Shown: piece by piece, positions 1 to 9,017 of the stretch
How the letters are laid out: each line of letters starts with the position of its first letter
Numbering within the stretch: the first letter of the stretch is position 1
Source: Escherichia phage EscoHU1
Length of the DNA: 64,000 nucleotides
Sequence record: NC_133119.1
Strand: one strand, 5' to 3'
Notes under the pieces: model-generated
Databases searched by the model: none
What the model was told of the DNA's origin: nothing
What the model saw: the letters and a program-made list of their open reading frames with translations, nothing else
Position numbers and translations under genes: made by a program

Positions 1-5
1 CAAGA

Positions 6-209
6 ATGAAAAACGTAAAACATCTTAAGTATCGCTTAATTTACAACGGACGTATGGAAACAGAAGATCTAGCTCAGCTAGCGATCAATTCAGATGAAGT
101 TACAGTTCGTGCTTTGTCCATCGAGAAGCTGCGTGCTTCTTACGAAAATCGTATTATGGAATTGGAGGAAAAACTTTATGGACTTCTTGAATCAGAATCT
201 AAAAAGTAA
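6..209 (+). CDS. hypothetical protein (may extend upstream of window)
   Basis: 67-aa ORF from the ORF track; overlaps next ORF in another frame; no motif recognised. Confidence 0.3.
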   Translation: MKNVKHLKYRLIYNGRMETEDLAQLAINSDEVTVRALSIEKLRASYENRIMELEEKLYGLLESESKK

Positions 210-372
210 TTTAGAAAATATGCTTATGGAGCAGTGGAATGCTGGGTATAATGCTGGAGTAGCTACCTGTATTGCTGGTTTGGATATGCTTATTAAGCAA
301 GAGAAGGTTCGCCCAGAAGAAGCAATTCTGCTCCAAAATATCATCGAAGGATTCAAGCAAGGAATCGTATAA
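178..372 (+). CDS. hypothetical small protein
   Basis: ATG at 178 preceded by GGAGGA RBS (163-168); stop overlaps ATG of next gene at 372 (translational coupling); trimmed from ORF-track 94..372. Confidence 0.4.
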   Translation: MDFLNQNLKSNLENMLMEQWNAGYNAGVATCIAGLDMLIKQEKVRPEEAILLQNIIEGFKQGIV

Positions 373-1223
373 TGCGTAGACTAATCGTTGTTAGTGGTGC
401 AGGTTTGAGTGTAGATAGTGGTGTTCGTGCTTTCCGTACTGATACTGCTAGTGGGAAATCCTTGTGGGATGAGTACGATCTAGAGGAAGTATGTAGCTTG
501 CCTAACTTTGAAGCTGGCTTCCGTCGCTTCTGTGGTGAAGATGACCCTAACTACTTCAGTGCTCGTTTCCCTGGCATTGATGAAGATGGTAACGATCTGT
601 ATCTCAAGACTCATGAGTTCTACAACATGCGTCGTCAGGAATTACAGACTGTTGAGCCTAACATTGCCCATCTGCGAATTGCAGAATGGTTCCAGCGTTA
701 TGGTGCGGATAGCGTGAAGAACTTCACTACTAACGTTGATGACCTTCTGGAACGTGCTGGTATCCCTCGTGATGAAATCATTCACGCTCACGGGTACTTG
801 AAAGAGGTGATCTATCGTCAGGGTCGCAACCAAATCATCGAAGATGTTGGGTATACTGCGATTGCCCCTGAGGATTACGAATGGGTAAAACCAAACGTAA
901 CATTCTTTGGTGAGACGGCTCCGTGGTATATGGGTCAGATTAACCTGTTTGATACACTTACTAGCAATGATATGGTTATTGTAGTAGGTTGTAGCAACCA
1001 AGTAATCGACTTCAACTGGGAGCTATTTCCTGCTGTATGTCGTGGAACTAAGATGATGGTTGTTAACCCACAAGTTCGTTATGACGAACAGCTTGAGTAT
1101 GAGAAACGTGGTGTTACTGTATGGCGTGCTGGAGCTGCCGAAGTTTTTGGTAACAAACAATTCATTGGCCAAGTTGAAGCTTTTATGGAAGGAACTATTT
1201 ATGCACCAGAAAAGCATAGGTGA
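372..1223 (+). CDS. Sir2 (sirtuin)-family NAD-dependent protein, no Zn-ribbon cysteines
   Basis: 283 aa; sirtuin motifs GAGLSVDSGVRAFR, FTTNVDDLLERAG, IHAHGYL (catalytic His), VTFFGE, MVIVVGCS; CxxC zinc-binding pairs absent. Confidence 0.75.
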   Translation: MRRLIVVSGAGLSVDSGVRAFRTDTASGKSLWDEYDLEEVCSLPNFEAGFRRFCGEDDPNYFSARFPGIDEDGNDLYLKTHEFYNMRRQELQTVEPNIAHLRIAEWFQRYGADSVKNFTTNVDDLLERAGIPRDEIIHAHGYLKEVIYRQGRNQIIEDVGYTAIAPEDYEWVKPNVTFFGETAPWYMGQINLFDTLTSNDMVIVVGCSNQVIDFNWELFPAVCRGTKMMVVNPQVRYDEQLEYEKRGVTVWRAGAAEVFGNKQFIGQVEAFMEGTIYAPEKHR

Positions 1224-1383
1224 TCTTTTAGTATGGCCGGACGGTAGTTGGTGCTACCGTTTCGAATTTGCTACCGATGACTTCTCATGGAAGAGTGATG
1301 ATTTCTGTGTTATCTACGAAGATACAGCAGAATGGAAAGAATTCCTGATTAAGGAGGGAGAATATGGTGAAGAAGATTTTTAA
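1201..1383 (+). CDS. hypothetical small protein
   Basis: internal ATG of ORF-track 1060..1383 chosen to avoid long overlap; weak GGAAGG RBS. Confidence 0.35.
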   Translation: MHQKSIGDLLVWPDGSWCYRFEFATDDFSWKSDDFCVIYEDTAEWKEFLIKEGEYGEEDF

Positions 1384-1549
1384 GGGTATCTGGAAAGGTC
1401 TAGTATGGTTTGTCAACCTAATTGGTGTGATTACCATTTATTCTCTGTTCCTATCTGTTATATGGGGTAAAGGTGAACTGAAGGTTCCAGTTCCTTTTAC
1501 TGATGAAGTTAAAGTCTGGACGTGGGATGCTACTGGTGGAAATAAGTAA
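1364..1549 (+). CDS. small membrane protein
   Basis: 61 aa; strong RBS AAGGAGGGAG before ATG; hydrophobic helix LVWFVNLIGVITIYSLFLSVIW. Confidence 0.5.
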   Translation: MVKKIFKGIWKGLVWFVNLIGVITIYSLFLSVIWGKGELKVPVPFTDEVKVWTWDATGGNK

Positions 1550-2042
1550 TACTCCTGTGATTTTCCTGGATATTGATGGGGTGCTCAATTCGAGCATCTC
1601 TCACCATCATGCCCCAGATAATGAAAAGCTGTTCTTTGGCAGTGATTGGGTTTATAAACCATTACTCCAGGCTTTTCAGAACTTCCTTAAACCTTCTCCA
1701 ATAATGATTGTTGGGGTATCTTCATGGTTTTCTGTACGAAACGAGATGGAGAACGTTCAGATTATGACCGGGCTCGGTTTGATCGATCGTTTCCTTGGTA
1801 CAACAGATTTTACTGGAGGTGGTTTATCTCGAGGTAATTCTGTCTTACGTTTCGTAGAAAAACATAAGCTCAAGCATTGGTGCGTCCTAGATGATGCTGG
1901 TGCTATGATGTACCAATTTCCTACTGTTATTGTAAATGGCAGGACTGGAATAAACCTTCAAGATTTAAATGCTATCAGCTATATGCTGGAATTTAGTCCA
2001 GATCTTGAAATGTGTAAGGCTCTTCAGAAACTTAAGGTATAA
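1527..2042 (+). CDS. HAD-superfamily phosphatase-like protein
   Basis: N-terminal VIFLDIDGVLN (HAD motif I DxDG); start uncertain (ATG 1503 or 1527). Confidence 0.5.
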   Translation: MLLVEISNTPVIFLDIDGVLNSSISHHHAPDNEKLFFGSDWVYKPLLQAFQNFLKPSPIMIVGVSSWFSVRNEMENVQIMTGLGLIDRFLGTTDFTGGGLSRGNSVLRFVEKHKLKHWCVLDDAGAMMYQFPTVIVNGRTGINLQDLNAISYMLEFSPDLEMCKALQKLKV

Positions 2043-2044
2043 GC

Positions 2045-2473
2045 ATGTTCAATAATATTTTCATGAAAGAGGTAAATCCTATGCTTCTCAACTTCTGGTG
2101 CTCTCTCCCTAATGGTATGTATAATGAAACCATCAATCTGCTCAAGATTTGGTGTGAGAATAACGATATCTTCTTATCCTTTAAAGGCCCGCTAGAGGAA
2201 GCTCCGTGTATTGGAGTTAGCGTGGATTTAGGGGAGGGAGTAGAAGAGATTGTAGACTGGAAAGAACTCGATGAAATGGGTCTGGTTTTTGCCTTGAACC
2301 ATAAGCTGTTTATGCCTGCAAATCACCGTCTTATTGTAAATTATCGCACTGGTGAAGCTCCTGCTTTCCAGGTAAATGAACGTGAGGGCTGGTCATATTC
2401 GCCCGAGGAAGTAAATGAGGGGATTCAGAAACTTCGTCGTTTCGGATATATGATCCCAGGTTTAACTGCTTAA
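2045..2473 (+). CDS. hypothetical protein, tandem paralog 1
   Basis: 142 aa; shares W-x-EL-x2-MGL-x-ALN ... TGE ... PGL pattern with the next ORF. Confidence 0.55.
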   Translation: MFNNIFMKEVNPMLLNFWCSLPNGMYNETINLLKIWCENNDIFLSFKGPLEEAPCIGVSVDLGEGVEEIVDWKELDEMGLVFALNHKLFMPANHRLIVNYRTGEAPAFQVNEREGWSYSPEEVNEGIQKLRRFGYMIPGLTA

Positions 2474-2482
2474 GGAGGCAGA

Positions 2483-2878
2483 ATGGAACAAGTATTTTGG
2501 CGTCAGATAGATCCTAGTTTGGTAGAGCGTGCTGAGGGGCTCCTTGCACGTTGGTTGGGGGTTGACAAGGTTAGTGTAACATTTCCGTTTACTTCTGTAA
2601 CAGACCCTAGTGTAGGTGTCTTTGTGGACGAAAATGAAGATGATGGTTGGGAAGCTGACTGGAATGAATTGTCCAGCATGGGCTTGATTGTTGCCCTCAA
2701 CTTCTCTATATTCCATCCACGTGGCTTAGCCATTACACGTGACCCCGAAACTGGTGAATCCCCTTATCTTTTGCAAGTAGAAGATGATATTTGGGAGTAC
2801 ACCGAAGATATTCTCGAAGAAGCTAAAGGTCAATTAAATCGCATTGGAATCTATGTCCCAGGCCTAAATGATGATTGA
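2483..2878 (+). CDS. hypothetical protein, tandem paralog 2
   Basis: 131 aa; strong RBS AAGGAGG before ATG; paralogous to 2045..2473. Confidence 0.6.
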   Translation: MEQVFWRQIDPSLVERAEGLLARWLGVDKVSVTFPFTSVTDPSVGVFVDENEDDGWEADWNELSSMGLIVALNFSIFHPRGLAITRDPETGESPYLLQVEDDIWEYTEDILEEAKGQLNRIGIYVPGLNDD

Positions 2879-2969
2879 TTTTCATTAGCTCAATCCTGAT
2901 TACCGAGTCAAAATGACTCGGTTTTCTCTGTGCTCAAGGACACTGATAGCACCTTCGGAAAAATTTTAC

Positions 2970-2998
2970 TTGCAGGATGCTCAAAATCTTGATATAAT
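2970..2998 (+). promoter_or_regulatory. sigma70-type early promoter (TTGCAG-17-TATAAT)
   Basis: -35 at 2970-2975, 17-bp spacer, -10 at 2993-2998, AT-rich downstream. Confidence 0.6.
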
Positions 2999-3494
2999 AT
3001 TTATATTGAATTGAGAGACATTAGTAAAAATTGATTTTGCTAATTTTTCTTGTTTACAATCCGCAATACGGAACAGTTAGGCTGCCCCATTAAGGGTTGT
3101 TTTAACTATTACTAGTGTTTATACTGCATTAGTTAATTATCAATTAAGTGATCTGCGTACCCTGAATTCGGAAAGGTAAATCCAAACCGTGCATATTTAG
3201 CTCGTTATATAGGCAGAGTTTTATATGGGGGTGCGAACGAAAAGAGCAGCGAATGGTGACACGTCCAGTAGCCACCTACCAATAGGATAGTGAGGGCAAT
3301 CAGAATCGGCTTAGCGGCCAATGACCTAGGTTCTGATCTGGATAAGAGTTAAGAGAGCGCAGCACTGAGGTATGATAACTTATTCATACTGCTTGATGAT
3401 GATTAATGTTTGTGTAAATGGTAGTAATAGTTGTTCTATTCTTCTGAATAGTCCTAAAGAAAGATATCCGAATAACCAACATAGGAGTATTGTT

Positions 3495-6284
3495 GTGTTC
3501 TCAATCCTACAAGGTCACGCAGGATTTTCCAGAGATAAAGCCACTGGCATCTGGAAAGAGATCAAAGTGGAAGATTACACCTTTGCAAAGCGATTCTCTA
3601 AAGAGCATCCAGAAGGTAAACCAGCTTCCATGCCCTTCAAATTTGATGTACTTGAAGAACTTGACCCGCAAAACCTTGCTGAAATGTTACCTATCATGCG
3701 TCGTCTTACCAAAGACCCGCATATTGTAGCTATTCGTGGTAAATGTTTAGCCCCAAAAGATAATGTGCGTCGTACCAGGGGAAACTTTAACGTATCCAAT
3801 CCTAGTCATATTATTGCTATGGACGTGGATGGTATTGTAGATACTGGTGGTTATGACAAGTTTAATCTTGTTGGCATGGCACGTCATATTATTAAGATGT
3901 TGAATAGTATTAGCGAGGATATGTTTCCTCTTGATGCAGGGTTTATTGCCCATGCATCGTCTTCGGCTGGATTAAAACCAGGTATCCGAATGCACTTAAT
4001 GCTAGAATCTAATGTCAAGGTAACGCAGGGACAGTTAAAGTTCTTATTTACATCTATCAATGACAGTAGTAAGCAAAAGTATGGCTTTGATATTGCTGAC
4101 TTAGCTTATTATTCTTCTGTTCAGCTTCACTATTTTGCAGATCCCTTATTTGATGATGGTATAGTCGATCCGTTTAAAGCGGAGAATAAACCACGTCTTG
4201 TATATGTTAAGGGTTCGAAGGTGAATCTACCTAATAACCTAGTTGACTTTGAAACAACTAGAGGTGAGTTTAAAGAAGAGTTCTACTCCTTACTTGATCA
4301 AATTAAAGGCAAGAAGGCTGCATCTGATAAAGTGGAAGAAACCATCAGCGAACTAGAAGAAGCTGAGGATGGAGTGTACCTGCGTATTATCCCAAAACTT
4401 TATCACAGAGCGTTAGAAGATGGTGTTGACTTTACGTGGTTAGAACGTGAGATTAAACCAGCTTTATCTGAGTATATTGCGACTAAAGATAATAGTCGTA
4501 ATATTCAAGATTACTTTAATAACGGTCGTAAGCAGGCTCTCAAAGCCTTTGTAAATAACTCCAAACGTGAGATTCCACCAAACTTAAAAGGTGTACCATT
4601 AAAACGTCTAGACACAGATTCTCCACCAGAAGTTCCGTACCTGAAAATTAACATTGTACCCCCAAAAGGACATTTAACATTTGTTAAGGCAAGTCTTGGT
4701 ACGGGTAAAACTACAGCAGTAACTAAGTGGCTAGATGCAGGTGTTCTTCCAGGAAACTTTATTGCAATCACAAATACTAGGGCACTTGTATCTTCTAACG
4801 CGAAGAAATTCGGTGCTGGTCAGTATGATAAGTCAGTTGATATGCTGAACTTCAAACGTGGTGCCATTGATCGTATGTCTTCAACTATTCACTCTATCCA
4901 TAAGTTCAAGAGCTTTGTGGGTCAGATTGATACGATCTTTATTGATGAATGTGACGCAGTAATGAATGATCTGTTATTCGCTCCGGTTGTTAAAAACCGT
5001 CGTGAATGTATTCAGGTTCTTCGTGATATCCTTATTACTGCTAAAACTGTTATCTTATCCGATGGTGATATCAGTGCAGAAACGATTGAAGCCTATGGTT
5101 CTTTGATTGATTTTGATAAACCAGTCGCATTTTATAATCACCACCGTAAAATGCTGGCGAAAGCTCATGCTTATGAATTCCCTGATGAATCCAGTATTTG
5201 GGTTGCACTTCAAACATCTTTAGAGATGGGGGAGAAATCAATCCTAGTATCTGACTGTGGCCCGGATGAACTGAATGAGAAGGGAATGGCATTACGTCGT
5301 AATACTGGTGCGTTAGTTAAAGAAATTCACTCAAACTCTACGTCTGATGTAGATATCCGACGTATTCTGGATTATACAACTAATGAGCTAATTGATCAAC
5401 AGATTGATTGTTTATTATGTAGTCCATCTGTAACGAGTGGTGTTGACTTTAACTATTTTGATAACGTATTCGTAATCACTAGAACCTCAAACCAAGCGCC
5501 AAACATGCGTTTTCAAGCAATCAGGCGCGACCGTGGTGCTCAGAACATTTATTATTTTATTGATAAATCTACGAGTGGATTCTCTGCGGGTTCCGAGCAA
5601 TATAATATTGACGAGGGTTGGATTGAGTTAGCTCAGCAACTGTACGCACGCCGTCGTGAGCTGGAATCTAGAAACTATACCAGTACTTTGCGTTATTATC
5701 TTCTCGATCAAGGTGCAACTATTGATATCTTCAGTGAAAGCTGGGGGACTATCGAAGGTGCAGGCAAAGAGTATACAGAAGAGCGAATCAAAGCTATTCT
5801 GCACTCAACTCCTGAATATTGCGCACCACGTCATGCAGATGCCTATGAAGCCAAGTTACTTCTGGTTCGCTATTATCATCTGGATTCTATTAAAGATGTA
5901 ACAGTGGAACACGTTGAACAGTATATCAAGGATAAACCGAATGATAGAGCTGCATTTTTCCATAAGATGCACGAGATGTTCTGGGAAGATATCAAGAAGT
6001 GTTCAAACGTAACAATCAAACCTTTTATTGAAGCTCTTAAGAATAAGAAGAAGGATTTCTTCCTTAAGACAGGTCAGAGTGCTAACCCAAAATATGCTCG
6101 TATGTATCTTGGCATGATGGGTATCGGTAAAGATCTGGATACGGAAAAGATTGTGGACTGGTACAGAACTTACTGTAAGATCGAATGTATGCCGATTCCA
6201 GTTAAGTTTATGACAGATGAAGAACGTCAGATGCATGAGGAAGCTCTTGCTGAATTGGGAGCTAGAAATGACAGTGAAGAATAA
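3495..6284 (+). CDS. large replication protein: N-terminal primase-like region plus helicase-type ATPase (origin-binding-protein-like)
   Basis: ORF-track 3372..6284; likely GTG start at 3495 after AGGAG (3484-3488); Walker A SLGTGKTT, DExD-like IFIDECD; N-terminal AMDVDG / AHASSSAG. Confidence 0.7.
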   Translation: MFSILQGHAGFSRDKATGIWKEIKVEDYTFAKRFSKEHPEGKPASMPFKFDVLEELDPQNLAEMLPIMRRLTKDPHIVAIRGKCLAPKDNVRRTRGNFNVSNPSHIIAMDVDGIVDTGGYDKFNLVGMARHIIKMLNSISEDMFPLDAGFIAHASSSAGLKPGIRMHLMLESNVKVTQGQLKFLFTSINDSSKQKYGFDIADLAYYSSVQLHYFADPLFDDGIVDPFKAENKPRLVYVKGSKVNLPNNLVDFETTRGEFKEEFYSLLDQIKGKKAASDKVEETISELEEAEDGVYLRIIPKLYHRALEDGVDFTWLEREIKPALSEYIATKDNSRNIQDYFNNGRKQALKAFVNNSKREIPPNLKGVPLKRLDTDSPPEVPYLKINIVPPKGHLTFVKASLGTGKTTAVTKWLDAGVLPGNFIAITNTRALVSSNAKKFGAGQYDKSVDMLNFKRGAIDRMSSTIHSIHKFKSFVGQIDTIFIDECDAVMNDLLFAPVVKNRRECIQVLRDILITAKTVILSDGDISAETIEAYGSLIDFDKPVAFYNHHRKMLAKAHAYEFPDESSIWVALQTSLEMGEKSILVSDCGPDELNEKGMALRRNTGALVKEIHSNSTSDVDIRRILDYTTNELIDQQIDCLLCSPSVTSGVDFNYFDNVFVITRTSNQAPNMRFQAIRRDRGAQNIYYFIDKSTSGFSAGSEQYNIDEGWIELAQQLYARRRELESRNYTSTLRYYLLDQGATIDIFSESWGTIEGAGKEYTEERIKAILHSTPEYCAPRHADAYEAKLLLVRYYHLDSIKDVTVEHVEQYIKDKPNDRAAFFHKMHEMFWEDIKKCSNVTIKPFIEALKNKKKDFFLKTGQSANPKYARMYLGMMGIGKDLDTEKIVDWYRTYCKIECMPIPVKFMTDEERQMHEEALAELGARNDSEE

Positions 6285-6501
6285 AAAGTGGGAGACAAGG
6301 AAGTTTCCCGTAAAAGAACGTAAAACTTCTGTTTACGATACTGCGGAGAAACTATGTAGGGTTGTACCACCTCGTCTCGCTGGTATCCCTAATGTCTCCA
6401 TATGGTTACTTAAACAACGGAAGACTCGTGTGTCTCTTCGCATTGGCTTTGAGTTAGATAAAGTCTATGCTGAGCTTGCTTCTTTGCTCAAAGAATCGTA
6501 A
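6268..6501 (+). CDS. hypothetical small basic protein
   Basis: internal ATG of ORF-track 6217..6501; overlaps stop of upstream gene by 17 nt; K/R rich. Confidence 0.4.
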   Translation: MTVKNKKWETRKFPVKERKTSVYDTAEKLCRVVPPRLAGIPNVSIWLLKQRKTRVSLRIGFELDKVYAELASLLKES

Positions 6502-6509
6502 AAATTTAT

Positions 6510-6538
6510 TTGCTTTCAGGAAAAATTTTCTGTATAAT
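6510..6538 (+). promoter_or_regulatory. sigma70-type early promoter (TTGCTT-17-TGTATAAT)
   Basis: -35 6510-6515, extended -10 TGT+TATAAT 6531-6538, followed by AAATTTGAGAGAGG leader. Confidence 0.65.
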
Positions 6539-6569
6539 AGATTCATAAATTTGAGAGAGGAGTTTAAAT

Positions 6570-7274
6570 ATGGCTGGTTCTCGTAGAAAGAAACTTATTC
6601 ATGAAATCCCTGATGAAACCTTTAAAAAGGTTATTGAACATCTGGAGAATGGTGGTACTAAGAAAGCAGCATGTGAAATGCTCGGTGTTTCTTCTAACCC
6701 AACTATGGAACGAATGATCGAAGAATGGAGAGATCGTCAGGTTCAGGTTGCGGAAATGAAAAAGAAGAAGCGCGGAACACTGATTGAAGGTGTTGAGCTT
6801 GCAAACGTAATTGAACAGTATCTTTCTGGTGATTCTTTTGAAGAAATCGCCGATCGTAACTATCGTTCTGTAGCGATGATTAAATCTGTTCTGGAACGTT
6901 ATGGTGCTCTGCTTCGCTTAAACGATATTGTTGATCCATTGAATCCTCCGTTGATTCCTGATGATGCAATGGCAGAAGAATTTGAAGTTGGTGAACTTGT
7001 TTGGGTTCCTGGCTACCAGTGTATTGGTGAAATCAAGAAAGCAATGACTAATCCAGTTGGTTGTTATCGTGTTTGGTTGTTATCAGAAGGTAAACAACAG
7101 AACGTTCACTATATGCACTACGAATTAGCTTCTGTTAAACATCTGGAAAAGCTGGGAGTTGATGTTAAAGCTCTAGGCTTTAAGTGGAGTCGTGAAGAAG
7201 TTATCACATTGGTTAATGAAGCTGTTAAAGCTGCCTTGAAACTCGATAAAGAGAAAGGAAAACGCCGTGAGTAA
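6570..7274 (+). CDS. putative DNA-binding protein (N-terminal helix-turn-helix-like)
   Basis: 234 aa; N-terminal GGTKKAACEMLGVS resembles an HTH; good RBS GAGAGGAG. Confidence 0.6.
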   Translation: MAGSRRKKLIHEIPDETFKKVIEHLENGGTKKAACEMLGVSSNPTMERMIEEWRDRQVQVAEMKKKKRGTLIEGVELANVIEQYLSGDSFEEIADRNYRSVAMIKSVLERYGALLRLNDIVDPLNPPLIPDDAMAEEFEVGELVWVPGYQCIGEIKKAMTNPVGCYRVWLLSEGKQQNVHYMHYELASVKHLEKLGVDVKALGFKWSREEVITLVNEAVKAALKLDKEKGKRRE

Positions 7275-7521
7275 ACTAACTGATCTGTTAAAAGCTGGAG
7301 ACGTAAAATATCTCCAGCGAGATAGCTGGGAAAATAATGCCTATTCTACCACTATTATCAAAGTAGATGTTGATAATAATGACATCATAGAATTTACTTG
7401 GTGGTGGTCTAAAGATGGGCGTACTAAACTCACGCTAGACGATGCATCGTGGAAAACCACTGAGCTAACTCTAGACGAAGCTCTGGCCGACGATTGGGAG
7501 ATCGTTGAACTAGATGTGTAG
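7267..7521 (+). CDS. hypothetical protein
   Basis: 84 aa; start overlaps upstream stop (coupled). Confidence 0.5.
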   Translation: MSKLTDLLKAGDVKYLQRDSWENNAYSTTIIKVDVDNNDIIEFTWWWSKDGRTKLTLDDASWKTTELTLDEALADDWEIVELDV

Positions 7522-7541
7522 CAGTTACTGAAAAATTTCAG

Positions 7542-7570
7542 TTGCTTAATCCTGTAATTCTTGATATAAT
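7542..7570 (+). promoter_or_regulatory. sigma70-type early promoter (TTGCTT-17-TATAAT)
   Basis: -35 7542-7547, -10 7565-7570. Confidence 0.65.
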
Positions 7571-7628
7571 ATTCTCATAGTTTGAAAGAACTATTCTGTT
7601 TAATTCTTAATTAAGGAAATCGAAAAAT

Positions 7629-8039
7629 ATGACTACTCCAACTCAGTGGACTGATGAACTGTTCGAAAAAATGTCTTCCGACTACGTTGCTCGTATGGAG
7701 CAATTCCCAGAAGATGAGCGTCCGGGCGTTAGCATGGAAATTGTTAGCGAAATTGCTCAGGAAAATGGTGTAACTCCGAACGGTTTCCGTATGAAGCTGA
7801 CCAAAGCAGGTCTGTATATCAAGAAAGCTGCTGGCTCTACTTCTAAATCAAGCGCATCTACTGGAGAAAAAGCTTCTGGTGGTTCTCGTACTTCCAAAGC
7901 TCAGGCTCACTCCGATCTTCGCTCTGCATTCTCTGATGCTGGCTTAGCACCGGACTTCCTGGACGACACGATCATCGACAAGCTGACCGGTAAAGCAGCT
8001 GCTCATCTGGCAGAAGCTATCAGAGCTATTACTAAGTAA
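7629..8039 (+). CDS. hypothetical protein, probably abundant early protein
   Basis: 136 aa; codon usage biased toward CTG/CGT/GGT/GCT; directly downstream of a strong promoter. Confidence 0.6.
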   Translation: MTTPTQWTDELFEKMSSDYVARMEQFPEDERPGVSMEIVSEIAQENGVTPNGFRMKLTKAGLYIKKAAGSTSKSSASTGEKASGGSRTSKAQAHSDLRSAFSDAGLAPDFLDDTIIDKLTGKAAAHLAEAIRAITK

Positions 8040-8075
8040 TTCTTAGATAAATCCACCAACACAAGGAATACAGTT

Positions 8076-8372
8076 ATGAATAAAGCTGAAATTATTGCTC
8101 AATGCGAAAAATTTGGTGAGTTTTATCTTCATTACGAAAAACTTCGTCAGAAAGGAACCACGTACCTTCAGGGTACTATGGAATTTGATCCAGCTCAGGA
8201 TAAATACCTGGCTGAGCGTATTAAACGTGAGCGCATCCGTAAGCCGAAAGAAGATGAAATCCTCGTTTTCTCTCGTACTAATGATAGCTTCCGTTTCATT
8301 CCTGTTGCGAAAGTTCGCCGTGTGACGAGCCTCCAGTCAGAGTTAGATCGTGCTTCTCCAGTAGGCCGATAA
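8076..8372 (+). CDS. hypothetical protein
   Basis: 98 aa; followed by a terminator. Confidence 0.55.
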   Translation: MNKAEIIAQCEKFGEFYLHYEKLRQKGTTYLQGTMEFDPAQDKYLAERIKRERIRKPKEDEILVFSRTNDSFRFIPVAKVRRVTSLQSELDRASPVGR

Positions 8373-8382
8373 GAAACCAATT

Positions 8383-8407
8383 AGCCCCTATATGGGGCTT
8401 TTTGTGT
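8383..8407 (+). terminator. rho-independent terminator
   Basis: hairpin AGCCCC-TATAT-GGGGCT followed by TTTTTGTG. Confidence 0.65.
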
Positions 8408-8422
8408 ATTTGGGATATGTAA

Positions 8423-8731
8423 ATGAGCGATCAAGTAAATCAAAACTATGAAGGACACGTTGACGACCAGTCCATCATGCTTTGGGAGAAGGAGGGGGAA
8501 CAAGTAAGACTAACCGTATCTGAATTTCGTGGGAATCTATACATGGGAATTCGTTACTGGCTCCAAGATATTACTGGAGAGTGGTTTCCAACGAAATCCG
8601 GCTTCTCTTTTCCTTATACCCTAGAAACTACATCACAGCTATTCTACGCTTTTACGCAAATCCTCAGCGAATCTGAGGTCTTGCATGAAGTACAGAAACG
8701 AGCTGAAGAACTCAAAGCCAAGAATGCCTAG
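8423..8731 (+). CDS. hypothetical protein
   Basis: 102 aa ORF. Confidence 0.55.
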   Translation: MSDQVNQNYEGHVDDQSIMLWEKEGEQVRLTVSEFRGNLYMGIRYWLQDITGEWFPTKSGFSFPYTLETTSQLFYAFTQILSESEVLHEVQKRAEELKAKNA

Positions 8732-8758
8732 TTCTTGGCTTTTTCTTTATAAATGTAC

Positions 8759-8787
8759 TTGCTTTCGACTCAGTTTTCATATATAAT
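8759..8787 (+). promoter_or_regulatory. sigma70-type early promoter (TTGCTT-17-TATAAT)
   Basis: -35 8759-8764, -10 8782-8787, downstream TATATAAATTGATGAGAGGA leader. Confidence 0.65.
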
Positions 8788-8816
8788 ATTTATATAAATT
8801 GATGAGAGGATCAATT

Positions 8817-9017
8817 ATGGCAATGACAATAACACTTCCAAAGATTCAAGCAAAACTTAATTTGCTCTCCATAGCAAGAATCAATTACCAGGATAGTATC
8901 GGCACTCCAAACCAGAAAGCGTACAAAGATGCGTGGTTGAAAGAAGCTGCTGATTTAGCTGGTATGGCTGCGCAGTATAGTAAAGAACTCAAAATGGAAA
9001 TCGCAGATGATGAATAA
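8817..9017 (+). CDS. hypothetical small protein
   Basis: ATG 8817 with GAGGAT RBS 7 nt upstream; trimmed from ORF-track 8799..9017. Confidence 0.5.
   Translation: MAMTITLPKIQAKLNLLSIARINYQDSIGTPNQKAYKDAWLKEAADLAGMAAQYSKELKMEIADDE

Noticed and set aside
642-1217. Minus-strand ORFs 642..1001 and 1023..1217 inside the Sir2-like gene
   Set aside because: Antisense to a motif-supported gene; no RBS.
2879-3494. tRNA gene in the long non-coding leader (and in 58605-60078)
   Set aside because: No GTTCGAATC-type T-loop or cloverleaf-compatible pairing seen by eye.
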